The translations under genes and the position numbers were made by a program. A stretch of DNA of 64,000 nucleotides from Tubiluchus corallicola (taxonomy: Eukaryota; Animalia; Priapulida): assembly GCA_030141605.1 (NCBI GenBank), contig JAQGDQ010000787.1, positions 31,938 through 95,937 on the forward strand, given 5' to 3'. The notes beneath the pieces are model-generated. The model searched no databases and was not told the origin of the DNA. It saw nothing but the letters and a program-made list of their open reading frames with translations. Shown here one piece after another: positions 1 to 11,385 of this stretch (positions are counted from its first letter, which is position 1; every line of letters starts with the position of its first letter).

Positions 1-219
1 TTGGGGTATAGATGGAAAGCCTGTTTTCAATCAATCCCACCACAAAAGAATCCATGCTATTTAGGTAGAGCCCCGTAGCTGCCTACGCTCAGCTATTGTC
101 TGTTTCTTTAGTGGGCAGTTGGTTAGTGCCCCTAGCTCGGCCAAGGAACTGATCGAACTTAGCAGCGACTACCATTAATTGGCCCCTATGGTCTGCCCCT
201 GTATGCACGGGCCATTACA
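1..219 (+). mobile_element. 3' part of the 5' LTR of a Ty3/Gypsy (Gmr1-like) retrotransposon; the LTR begins before the window
   Basis: 1-211 recurs as a direct repeat at 3811-4025 with about 4 substitutions and 2 small indels. It ends ...CATTACA (219), just before a PBS. Confidence 0.9.
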
Positions 220-221
220 GA

Positions 222-240
222 TGGTGGCAGCGGTGGGATT
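222..240 (+). promoter_or_regulatory. Primer binding site complementary to the tRNA-Leu 3' end
   Basis: TGGTGGCAGCGGTGGGATT is the reverse complement of AATCCCACCGCTGCCACCA (3' end of metazoan tRNA-Leu AAG/TAG plus CCA). It starts 2 nt after the LTR end. Confidence 0.9.
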
Positions 241-646
241 GATTTAATCAGGTTTTCTACTCTGTGCGTTTATTTCAAAAATTTAAGTTTAATACAAAGA
301 CCTTGGGAAGAAATTTAGCACTCGCACAAGAAAGTAGGTGCGAGAAACTAGGTCACTTTACACTTATATTTCAGTTCTATAACCTTGCGCGGAACGTATA
401 CCAGGTTTAGTTGTTATAACTTTGTGCAGTATTACGGTAATACGAAATTTTTGCTGCGCTTTAACGTACTTTGTTCTCGTGGCTTCCATAGCAAAATCTT
501 GTTGCAGTTATAGAAGCCAAGTTTTGTGCAGAATCCGCTGTCGCGAATTACACAATTTAAACAATTCGCACAGTTGACATTGCTTGGCAAAAGTCGAATA
601 ATAAATTTATTCACACTCACAGTATTATAATACTACATTAATAAAC

Positions 647-2974
647 ATGGAAGACGAAGACAATATTTATACAAGAGAACAGTTGGACACTTTGCCAATG
701 TCCAAGCTTCGAGAAATAGCTAGATCATTGGATATGATCTCTTTGTCCAATAGGCGGGTAGTTCTTATTGACACAATATTAGAAATTCAGGCCCAGCGCC
801 CAGTACCATCTGAATCCCAACAAGGAATGGTTTCGCCCGTCACTTCACTACTGTCAGCAGTACAACAGACAGTCGAGAAAGCACAAGCTACGAAGTTAGC
901 GCCGCCCTCTCCCGACTTGAGTCCGCCGCAGCTTACCTTGCACCAAACACCAGCAAAACAGCTTAGCGACCCTAGCACACAAATAAGTACTAGTAATGAG
1001 ACAGGCATGTATGATTTAACCGGGTTGCCCCCAGATGATAAAATTAAATTAATTTTACAACTGGAGGAGTCCAGAGCGAGAGAGAGAGAGTTAGCGAGAG
1101 ACAGAGAATGGCAGGTGCGTGAATTAGAGATAAAGGAACGTCAACGGGAGCGTGAAGAGAGGAGGATGGAGAGAGAGTGGGAAGCAATGCAGGAAAGCAA
1201 AAGACATGACAGAGAGTTGCAAAGAGCACGTCTTTCATTAAATACATCAAACGCAAATGCAAACTCTACATCTACTGAATTCACACAGCATATTAAACTC
1301 AAAGTGCGACCTTTTAAGGAAGGTCAAGGTGAGTCGATCCTGGAGTACTTGACTTATTATGAGCGTTGTTGCCAAGTGAATGATATACCAAGGTCACAGT
1401 GGTGTTGTTCTCTTGCCCCTCATCTCTCGGGTAAGGCTAGTTATGCCTTCCAACTTATTGAAGGGGAGGATATTCGTTCTTATATCAAAGTCAAGGAAGC
1501 CATTCTTGCAGCTTATATGGTGACTCCTGAGAGTTACCGCATAGCGTTTAGGGACCTTTCTAAACGTAAAGATGAGACGTGTACGCAGACAGTGGTACGT
1601 CTCAGGCAGAGCCTACGGGACTGGGCAGATGCTATGTCGGTCACCAGTAAAGATCAGGCCCTAGATTTAATAGCCTATGAGCATTTCATGACAATAATCC
1701 CTGCAGAGGTCGCTTTGTGGCTGAAGAAAAATAGCATCTACAAACTTGACGAAGCTGCTCAAAAAGCTGACGCTTATATTTCAGCTCAGAATCCCAGAGC
1801 AACCTCTAGTAAATTCTCTCCATCACCAGCAAATCGTAAACCTGATGTAAAACCTGCAACACACAAGGGAGGAACTGCACCAGCCAGAGTGCAATGTTAC
1901 CATTGCGGCCAGCAGGGCCATTATTCTTCCTCTTGCCCAAGAAAGAAGGCCTCTCCCACTGAAAGGCCTAGATTAGCACCTAGCGTGAGAGACAAACCAT
2001 CGTACAAACAACTTTTGGTCCCTTGTGCTCCAGATATGGCGACTTTAGTCACTGCTGGAGCAGGAACCGAAGAGTGTGTGTCTGGTCAACCATGTTTTCG
2101 AGCCGTCTTGAATGGAAAAGACGTCACCGGGTTGCGAGACACTGGAGCCTCAAAGTCTGTTGTCCACCCAGACCATGTCCGCCCTGAACAATACGTGAAA
2201 GGTTTGTCCAACCAACTGTCTTGCATACATAACTGTGACAAATCTTGTCCCGTTGCTATTGTTGAAATAGAATCGCCTTACGCTACAGGCTATCTGACAG
2301 TCACCGTCGCAGTTGATTGTCCAGTTCCACTATTATTGGGGAATGACTTTGAAACTGAAATCTCTCCATTTTTGTCAAAGAAAGACAAATCTAGTGGGAC
2401 AAACAAGAAACAACCCAAGCAACCTGGGAAAGGTCTCACACTCAGACACCAACCATTAACTTCGGGTGAAGGTTGGGAGACACCCAAGCTGTACTCTCAG
2501 GTAGTTCAGTCTACTGAGCAAAAGAACGTGTCTGCCCCTCAACCCAGTTGGGAACCTCAGCCGGTAGCTGATGCAGAGGCTGCCAAATCTGTTGCATTCC
2601 CAATAGGAACTAGAGCTAAGGCAAGGGCTCTAAGTGAACAAGAAAAACATGATGCAGAAATACAGCACCAAGCTAGTTCTGATACACCCCTACCTGTCTT
2701 AAATGAGAAACAGGCTAGGAAACAACAGAACCTTGCAGAATTGGTGCAAAGAGAACACTTAATAAGTGAACAGAAAAATGATGTTACTTTGCGCAACTTA
2801 CTTGACCATGTGCAAGCAGAGGCTGAATGCAAAGCCCAAAAGGTTGGCTACTTCTTAAAGCAAGGAGTACTTCACACAGTGCGCCGTAATGCAAGAGGAG
2901 GCCACACTGACCTTCTAGTAGTACCCTCAGTCTGTACGTTTGTGCATTTAATCGGATTGAAGCCAAACGCATAG
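647..2974 (+). CDS. gag: Gag-protease polyprotein of a Gmr1-like LTR retrotransposon, truncated at the start of integrase
   Basis: 775-aa ORF with an N-terminal HeH/LEM-like helix pair, E/R coiled coil, capsid/SCAN-like region (YLTYYER..W..LAPHLSGKA..Y..VKEAIL..Y.VTPESYR..FR), CCHC knuckle CYHCGQQGHYSSSC and aspartic protease LRDTGA...LLLGND. It then shows the pre-integrase motif EQKND..L..YFLKQGVL..LLVVP. No RT or RNase H. Confidence 0.85.
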   Translation: MEDEDNIYTREQLDTLPMSKLREIARSLDMISLSNRRVVLIDTILEIQAQRPVPSESQQGMVSPVTSLLSAVQQTVEKAQATKLAPPSPDLSPPQLTLHQTPAKQLSDPSTQISTSNETGMYDLTGLPPDDKIKLILQLEESRARERELARDREWQVRELEIKERQREREERRMEREWEAMQESKRHDRELQRARLSLNTSNANANSTSTEFTQHIKLKVRPFKEGQGESILEYLTYYERCCQVNDIPRSQWCCSLAPHLSGKASYAFQLIEGEDIRSYIKVKEAILAAYMVTPESYRIAFRDLSKRKDETCTQTVVRLRQSLRDWADAMSVTSKDQALDLIAYEHFMTIIPAEVALWLKKNSIYKLDEAAQKADAYISAQNPRATSSKFSPSPANRKPDVKPATHKGGTAPARVQCYHCGQQGHYSSSCPRKKASPTERPRLAPSVRDKPSYKQLLVPCAPDMATLVTAGAGTEECVSGQPCFRAVLNGKDVTGLRDTGASKSVVHPDHVRPEQYVKGLSNQLSCIHNCDKSCPVAIVEIESPYATGYLTVTVAVDCPVPLLLGNDFETEISPFLSKKDKSSGTNKKQPKQPGKGLTLRHQPLTSGEGWETPKLYSQVVQSTEQKNVSAPQPSWEPQPVADAEAAKSVAFPIGTRAKARALSEQEKHDAEIQHQASSDTPLPVLNEKQARKQQNLAELVQREHLISEQKNDVTLRNLLDHVQAEAECKAQKVGYFLKQGVLHTVRRNARGGHTDLLVVPSVCTFVHLIGLKPNA

Positions 2975-4025
2975 ATTTCTGTACGTTCATGACACAGATT
3001 TCACGGACAGGATATGCAACTTGAGTTTGGTTGGTGAAACTGCGTTTTTACGTTTTACCTGATTGTCTATTAGCTGACGTTTGAAAGCTAATGATCTATT
3101 TGTGGTGGTGGAAGATGTCCACTCATTGGTTTACATGGCTTTGCTGATCTTACCATGCTGGGAAGATGTCGTCTCGGATCATGTGAGAGCACCGTCGTGC
3201 AGTTGGAAAGGTGCCCAGCTCGATAGTCCATCGCATGGGACGGAGAAGTCGTCACTGCCCGGGTAGGAACTTTATGCCAATAAACCGGGAAGCAAAGGTA
3301 CCTGTTTACTTACGTTATCGTTAATTGGCGCAGAGGGAGAACTTGTTTTGATGCGAATTTCCGAGCGCATGTATGCCTAGAGCTCCGTTCACACGTCACC
3401 CTTTTGTTAGACTTACGTTGAAACATTTAGCTACGTTTCTCTCAGACTTTTGCGTCATCACTGTGGGAGTCGTGAACCCGTTACATGAAGTCAGAACCAT
3501 ACTTCAGTCGTTCTAAAGGACTCTGACCACAAACTACACTTGTCTGGTGAAGATATTATGCTAGCGTACGCATTTTGGGGTGGCTGGTAGAGTAAGTAGG
3601 AACCCTTTAAATAGTTAGGAAAACTGTATGATTTTTGTATGTTTTGTCATTGCATTTATTTCATGCCATGCTGTTTAGTAGCGTTTTCAGATTAGCTTTT
3701 GCTTATTACTAATTTCCATTGTTCACAAAAAGCTCAATTATACAACTGTTTTTGTTTGTGTCATTAAACTTAATATTATGTCATTTATTCGACTGGTTAC
3801 AGTTTGGCTTTTAGGGTATAGATGGAAAGCCTGTTTTTGATCAATCCCACCACAAAAGAATCCATGCTATTTAGGTAGAGCCCCCGTAGAGTCTGCCTAC
3901 GCTCAGCTATTGTCTGTTTCTTTAGTGGGCAGTCGGTTAGTGCCCCTAGCTCGGCCAAGGAACTGATCGAACTTAGCAGCGACTACCATTAATTGGCCCC
4001 TATGGTCTGCCCCTGTATGCACGGG
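2931..4025 (+). mobile_element. 3' LTR (5' boundary uncertain; last ~8 nt missing)
   Basis: 3811-4025 matches 1-211. Coding similarity stops at ~2930. The match ends at GCACGGG, before the CCATTACA terminus seen in the 5' copy. Confidence 0.65.
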
Positions 4026-5319
4026 TATCTGTATGAATAACATGAACTATAGAAATGTAAAAATTGACATAGCCAGCAACACAATTTTTACTTTTACTGC
4101 GAGTCTACTAATTTCTTCTAATTGAACCACTTATATAACTTAACTGTACATGTGTGTCCGAAAAGAAACTATGTTAATAATAATAATAGCAAATCCTGTG
4201 CACTTTATTTAAAAAAAATAAGTCAAGAACTAGGAGAAGATGAACTCTAAAATTTCGCATAAATCCGCTCATCACAAATACTGAAGTATTTTTGAAAAAT
4301 TTTTCAAGCAAATCTTAGAAGGTCACCTGGGAAGTTCTTAAAAATGTAGGTGAATTGACATGGGCTAACCCTAGTGCAAGCCATAAGGAAATTTTGAAAC
4401 TACAAATTAAGTTTCAGAAGTTCGTGAAGCGTACCGCTTAAACTTTTTCGATGAAATCACTTTAAATCAAGGTAGCGAATTTTTTGAGGTTAAGCTGTAT
4501 TACAGTTTAGAATCCCTTGAAGAAAAGACTTTATTACTACATGATATTTAACCCTTTCACTACAGAAGGTGCCTATGTTTTTCATGCAAGGGACGGAACA
4601 CAGTAGACTGTTGTTTAAGATCAGCACTAAGCGCAGTCACTCAGGTCTGTTTATTTCAGTGCTACGGCCATGCAAAATATTGCAGAAAAGTTAGACAGCC
4701 ATGGGATTGTAGTTGCAACCAGTAAAGCTAACCAGCCAATCAGCGTCTGAAGCCAGGTGCATTTCGCAGTACTTTACTGTATGGTATTTTGGGTCTCACT
4801 TGCCTTCAACTGACCCCTCCCACAATGTGTGTGTGTGTGCGCATGTGTGTGCGTGCATGTATATGTGTGCATGTGTAAAAATAAAACTAATATTTAATAT
4901 TAGTACTCAGTAACGAACAACTATTTGTTTATTTATAAGGTTCTGTTTTACTAACACACCACAAGTAGTTACTGTCAAATGTGTAAATGTCAAATGTGGC
5001 CCAGTTATAAAGCAAAAGCAATAACGTAGTGAAAGAGTTAAATATATACCTTTTTTTGTGGGAACATCTTTACTCCGCTGAGTGCGGAACAGTCGCAGGT
5101 GTTGCTTGATGAAGGAACATCTCGTTCGCCATTGGAGAAAATTTCTCTTGCAGCATCCATAACTGCTAACTTTGGTAGAAAATAATTTGCCACTAGGTCT
5201 TAATTGAAATCTGAAAAATTTAAATGATGTTACTGTTAAATAAGTGTATTGGAAACTAGTGTTGGAAATCGACAGTTTCCAATTCATAACGACAAAATAA
5301 AATAGACACATGTAAGCCA

Positions 5320-5610
5320 GAAGAGGTTAAAGATATATTGAAAATAAGACTGAATATGATTAAAGTTAAAGGGAGCTACAAGAATGAGTTTAAGGATCAG
5401 TTATTATGCCCAGTGTGTGGGGAAGATGATGATACTACTGAACATATGCTTAGATGTGACGGATATAGAGAATGGAAAAAAAATTTGAACTCAGATATAT
5501 TAATGAACAGTAAGAAGGAAGGATTGCTAGAAATCAGAAATCTAGTGAACGAATGCATAGAATACAGGATAAAGACAAATAAAGACATTAAACTTGGAAA
5601 AGACAACTAA
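5320..5610 (+). pseudogene. Non-LTR retrotransposon ORF2 C-terminal CCHC zinc-finger fragment
   Basis: Translation ..CPVCGEDDDTTEHMLRC.. fits the C-x2-C-x8-H-x3-C knuckle found after RT in LINEs. Confidence 0.6.
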
Positions 5611-6138
5611 AAGATCAGCGTTATAGAAGAATAGACTTTGCACCCTAATAAAGCAGTTAATGAAAAAGCCATGCATGTCTATAAAAACAGTTCATGAATC
5701 CGGAAAATGGCACACAGCGAGGGAAACAGGGAGAAGTTATCTAGGCTACATTTTACTGTTCAATCATTGAAAAATTTGGCTAAAAACATTAAAAATCGGT
5801 GCAAAATATTAATCGTCATATCGAATTACAAGACAAAGGTCATAGTTGAAATAGAAAATTTCAAAATTGCCCATCACTAGGCCTATTGTATCCATTACAT
5901 TCTGAAATTGAGATGTTATTCATAGTCTTTCCAAAGAGTTTCTAAATATATATATATATATAGGCCTGTACTAACTCCCTAGTTAATTAAGGACTTTATT
6001 AATTTACGAAATTAATGCTGATGGCAATGACTTTTAATTGTAACGCATGATTTTTAGACATAGGGTCTAAAATGTAGAACGAACTTAGAGAAAAAGACTG
6101 TTTCTAAGCAGGTATGCTTATCGTTAGTTAGTCTAATG

Positions 6139-6698
6139 TGTAGCTGTTTTGGTTGTATTTTCCAAGTCTTTCTATGTCATGGAAGGTAGCAAGTTAGGAT
6201 CTACGTAATCGTTCATATTCACGTTGCAGTATTGTTTTAATTTATTTTGAAGCGTTTGCCCTGTAAGACAGTTCTCAGTCCAGTTGTTAACGCTACTTGG
6301 ATGGCTTCCAGTCTAAACCCGTTCTGTTTGTTCCCCTATGCAAATGATGTGGAAGTTGTAATTGTACATTTTAGGTGCTGCCATCTATGAACTAATCCTT
6401 TTACATTTTACTAGCTAAACTCACCCCCAGTATAATTGTACGGCCCAGTGAATGCATATTCACTGGATCTCTCCCTATTTTACAGTAATGGTTTTGTGAA
6501 GCCAAGTCTGCATAGGTTACCTATACCTATATATATTGACTGGATTTACTTTCTAGTCACTGTCTAACTCTCAGTGATCAGTGCAGGACACTCTCGTTCT
6601 CAGTGTTCAGTGCAGCAGTCATTCTACTCATGTGTCTGTAGTTTAATAAACACTTTTCTGTGCAAATATGCAGTATAGTTTTTTATTCTTGTTCTACA
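6139..6698 (+). mobile_element. Possible solo LTR
   Basis: TGTAG...CTACA termini, a TATA-like run at ~6527 and AATAAA at 6645. The target site duplication is not convincing. Confidence 0.3.
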
Positions 6699-7139
6699 AA
6701 GTGAGTGATCTACAACTTTAAACATGACTTTCACAAATGAGTTGCAATGCAAACGTCACATCAATTTGGTAAAATGTCAGTTTGTAACACTTGACAATTG
6801 TAACATAGACTTGAACTTTTTGAGGAGCACGATAACCTTTGATTAACGTAGAGTAGACATGTGCAGCATCACAACTGCAGATCACACTTTGATTTTCAAA
6901 AAAAATGATTGAGCTGTCCACCAATAAGCTCTAGCATGAAACAGAGAATGTTATTACATTTGAATTATTTTATTTTATGAGAGCTGCAAAGAAGAAACAC
7001 AAAAAAGCAATTAGTTCAACCAGTATTTTGATCCTCTCTTTTATACTATGAATATTCGAATACGTTTGCTAACTGATTCAGTCAGTTAAATGAATGAAAC
7101 ACACGGCTTCAATTAAATTAAGCGGCGCCTAGCAGCCTA

Positions 7140-8168
7140 CACATACTAAGAATTTTAAAAATAACTGATATCTATAACCTAGAAATGGCTAAAATTGTTT
7201 TCAAATTCAAGAATCATAAGCTACCCAAACTATTTAATGGATACTTGAGCGAACCTTCAGCTTTGCATAACTACCAAACGCGCTTTGCATCAAGTAACAT
7301 CTACAGTGTCAAAAGATGCAATACAACCAAAGCTCATTGTTCGCTCAAGTACCAAGGTCCACGAATTTAGAACTCTATTCCTCAGAAGTTCAAAAACAAA
7401 TCTCTTAATTACCTTGTGTCAAACTACAAAAACATGCTTATTTCTCTTTATACCTAGTCTTGGAATTGTTTACATAACTAAAACTTAAACTACTATTTTC
7501 CACTCAAGTTGAACTAATCAAAGCGTATATACATATGAACGGTAAAAACTCACTTACAGTGATACTAACCATGAATTTTGCTTTAGAAATAGTAATAATG
7601 CCATCTTTACATATATTATTGCACTGCTACTTCTGAAATTGTACTTTATGTTATAAGTCTATACCCCATTCGCTCGTTAGTCTTAATAACTTTGGGTTTT
7701 TTTCTGCTAGGTATTCATAGTTATGTGTATATGTGTGTGTATGTGTATGTGTGTATGTATATGCATATCAGCATTATATGTATTTATTATGTCTTCATGT
7801 CCTTGATATTTATGTTCAAATTTAAACCTAAATCTCGTATTATCTTAATACACTCACCATTCCTTTACTTACTTAAGCAACTTGGTATGCTCCAAATGTA
7901 AACTTTATGCTCCATTTATCATACCTTTTTGGGAAATTTTCGTCAAGGTTATTGTGCATATCACTAATAACAACATTACTTACAGGGTGGTTGACTTTGG
8001 TAACTTTTAGTTTTTCGCCACCCTTTCACCAATCACTTGAATATCATTAACTCAGATAATTTATTCATTTAATAATCTTGTCACTTTGCATCATACTATC
8101 ATATTATCGTTTCATGCTCTGTGTTTTTCTTGTAAAAAGGCGATAAATAAAGATACTTACTTACTTAC
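7140..8168 (+). mobile_element. 5'-truncated CR1/L2(Crack)-like LINE 3' end with 3' UTR
   Basis: Degenerate ORF2 tail ILKITDIYNLEMAKIVFK..HNYQTR..KYQGPRI*NSIP. A 3' stem-loop AGGGTGG...CCACCCT (7984-8023) is followed by AATAAA and a (TTAC)n tail. Confidence 0.7.
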
Positions 8169-9059
8169 ATTGTACAACTACTAGCAGTTAGCACTATAAA
8201 TAAGGTTATAATACTTAATATAGTATAGTTTATTTATTCCAAGAGCCAAGTACAATTTAACAATATGTTACACAAAAATGCAAAATATAAAAATCACATG
8301 AGAAAGATATAGCCAAACGATTAATGCAGCGCAGACGATTACCGGCTCAAATCGGATAGTGAACTTAACCATTCAAACTATATGCGTATTTTAATAAACA
8401 ACTCCATGCATTATCTTACTTATTAAGTAATGATGTCCGTATATGTGTTTGAGAAATCCGTAAAAGACAAACTTTGCACAAGGCCGCCATCATGTAACTA
8501 CTTCAGATCAGCAAAATGGAAACGCACAAGAGACATAACATGCGTTCTTGGGCATTCTTCGTGACCACCACTATAGTAGCGATGGTTTGTTTTCAATAAA
8601 ATTAATGACAATCGGGAATAGGGAAAAGAGAAAATGCTAAATATTGAAGAAAAATATGCAAAGAATCAATATAAATCAGCAAACGACTAGGTCGTGCAGT
8701 GAAACAACCGTAGAGAACCTTGATCACGGATTTACATGAACTAAGGTAATAAAAGGGCATCTAGCTGTAAGAGAAGTTTTGTCAACTTTGGCAATAATAC
8801 TGCAAATAAAGAGTAAATTGTCTGAATACCCGAAAAATGTCCCACTACAAATTGAGGTATTATTGGACATGGCTCTTTCTTTTCTCTAATTTGGGTGATT
8901 GTATTATTTGTACATGTAGTAGGTCCATGCCACCAATCGGTAATTGGATCTTGTAACCTTTCGACACACATCCGTATAGCTTCCCAGTTGCAACCTTTTC
9001 AGCAAGCAATCTTTCGATGTAAAGCTGACTAAGATTCCTTTTGCTCCTTTTGACGATTA

Positions 9060-9437
9060 AGGGTGAGCATCGAACGTTCCAATTCAATATAAACGAGTTT
9101 TTTTTAGTTAGAATTCGAATTATTCAGATCTTCAACCACATAAGTGCTTTATCAATAAAACGCTTGAAACGTTATGCAATTAGCGTAATTTAGCTGTGAT
9201 TTCTGTACACAATTTTAAAATAAATTATTAATATTTTTACTGCAGAAAAAAGTCTCTAATATGCATGATCTTTGTAAGTCGAATTTTTATTGGTGGTTCC
9301 AAAACTTGTTCGAAAATTTTTCATCCTCAATTCGAATTCGATTGGAATTTGAAATACTGAACTTCGGTTCGATTCAAATTCGAAAGTCACAAATTTGATT
9401 CGATTCGAATTAGCTTACTGGTAGAGAACGCTCACTA
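9060..9437 (-). mobile_element. hAT-type MITE (TAGGGGTGAG family), decayed copy
   Basis: Reverse-complement homolog of 13965-14420 with TTCGAA-rich subterminal repeats. Confidence 0.75.
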
Positions 9438-10024
9438 ATATTGTTGATGTGACCCTGGCATCATTTCACTTGACACTTCTCAGCTGCAGTTAATTTGTCA
9501 ATGGTTCATAAGGGTTTCGATCATACCATATTGCGTACATTTCAGCTATAGTCAAAGTCCCAAACTTAATAATTAATTGCATACTCAGTAATATGCTGCT
9601 GTTATTGTTCAGGGAAACCATTTTTTGAATCTGTTAAAGAAGCACTATGACATAAAAGAGTAATGTTGCTTAGCTTGCAATATTAGGCATAAATGCAAAA
9701 AAATCACAGATTCAGTTCAAGAGTTCAATAATTTTCCAAAAAATTATTAGACGCTAGAGACTTCTGGCTCATTTCTAATACAGCCTTCGATCAATTGTTG
9801 CAAATCTAGTATTCCTATATTTTTGCTCAGTGGATGCAGAATCAATGTTTTGGTGAAAATTCTAACAGCAATAACGATGTAAAGGCAGCTTTTATATTAC
9901 CACCCCTATATTCTTTAATTAAGTATTCAATATCTTATATTTGCATCGCACCTTATATAAAAGTTACTTTCATGATTGCATCATCACATTTATAGACTGG
10001 TTTATAGTGTACTTCTGTTCATAA

Positions 10025-10770
10025 ACGTATTATTTATTTTATTTATGTATTTTATTCACACCCAATAGTAAAATGCAGTCTACAATAAAAACAGTATAAT
10101 ATAAAACACTTTGGCAAAAACATACAAATAAAATATTTACAAGAGTGCGGTAAAGAAACAAATAGATTAACTGCTTATATGTGTCTATTGTGTACAAAGA
10201 ATTTATGCAAGTTAACTTTATATAAGCGGCTTTTAAATAAGTTAATGTTTTGTGCAGTTATGAGGGGTGCACCATCAACATATGCAGCCAGTGAGTTCCA
10301 AATCGGTACAACTCGATTTGAGAGAAATTGACCAAATGATACTTTAGCTGTTCGACACATGAAAAGCTTTAGAGAGTGATTTTGCCTTGTTCTACTTGGG
10401 TAAAAAATTTGTCAAAGTCAACATCAACTTCTCTATGAATAATTTGGTAGCATAAAGTTAAGTCTTTATGAATGCGTTTCTCCTCTAAAGACTTTAGATG
10501 TAGAATATCAAGACGCTTAGGATATAGCATATACATTAAATTACATCTATAAAACAGGCGTCGAGTAAAGTATCGCTGTACACTTTCTATACGGTCAACA
10601 TTACCTAATAAAGCAGGATTCCAGACTGGCGAGCAATACTCTGCAATAAGTCTTGTGTATTTTTTCATATTTTTGCGATGTCCTAATAACAATCTCATAT
10701 TCATTCTCATCCACGTCATTTCACTAACCTAATTCTACTAATTCCCATCTGCTTCACTCTCCAATATCGT
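10025..10770 (-). mobile_element. L2/CR1-group LINE 3' fragment with a non-RT 5' extension
   Basis: EYCSPVWNP...IESVQRYFTRR...LKSLEEKR..DL..CYQII..F.SNRVVPIWNSL is a typical ORF2 C-terminus, with an (AAAT)n tail at 10030-10055. A second copy lies at 62700-63950. Confidence 0.8.
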
Positions 10771-11385
10771 TCCATCACTTTTTATCACCCCAACACCGGC
10801 ACCATTAATTGCATTACAGACAAACAAGTAATGCTTCTGACCATAATGCAAGCAACAATTTATATAGATATCACGAATTACACCTCTTGGCTTAACCTGG
10901 ACAATGACCTATGCTGGCAAAACTATATTCAGCATCTCCGTCATCGGCACAAGTTTTTGGTCTTCTTGGAAATTATATTGGCTTCAATTATCCATTCATA
11001 TAAAAACATCGCTGAGAAACCATGTCAGTGATCAGTGTAGTCTTCGAAGCGAAACTAGATGAACATTTGTTGCGATTCACGGACAATAACAATTTCTTGC
11101 CGATGTACGGCTTCTGCATGACTAGGGGCGTATTAACCAATAAGCTAACTAGGCTGCAGCCTAGGGCGCCGAAGTTTGAGGGGCGTCACATTTTAGAAAG
11201 AATCTGATTCTCCCCGGAAAATGTGTATACTTTTATATTTATGTAAAGCGCGCATTTTATAACACACCACAGGCAGTTACTGAGCAAAGCTTCTATATAA
11301 AGCCATATAACGAACAGGGGCGAAGTATTACACACAAGAAGCAGTTGCGCGGCGTGCTTGTATATAACCGCTATGCAAATATATG

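Noticed and set aside
4548-4562. piggyBac-like end TTAACCCTTTCAC
   Set aside because: No matching opposite terminus was found.
8741-9058. Minus-strand ORF with WWHGP (BEL/Pao-like) and an upstream in-frame TGA (possible selenocysteine)
   Set aside because: No other BEL motifs, no SECIS or reliable splice sites identified, and it is cut by a MITE. Not supportable without a search.
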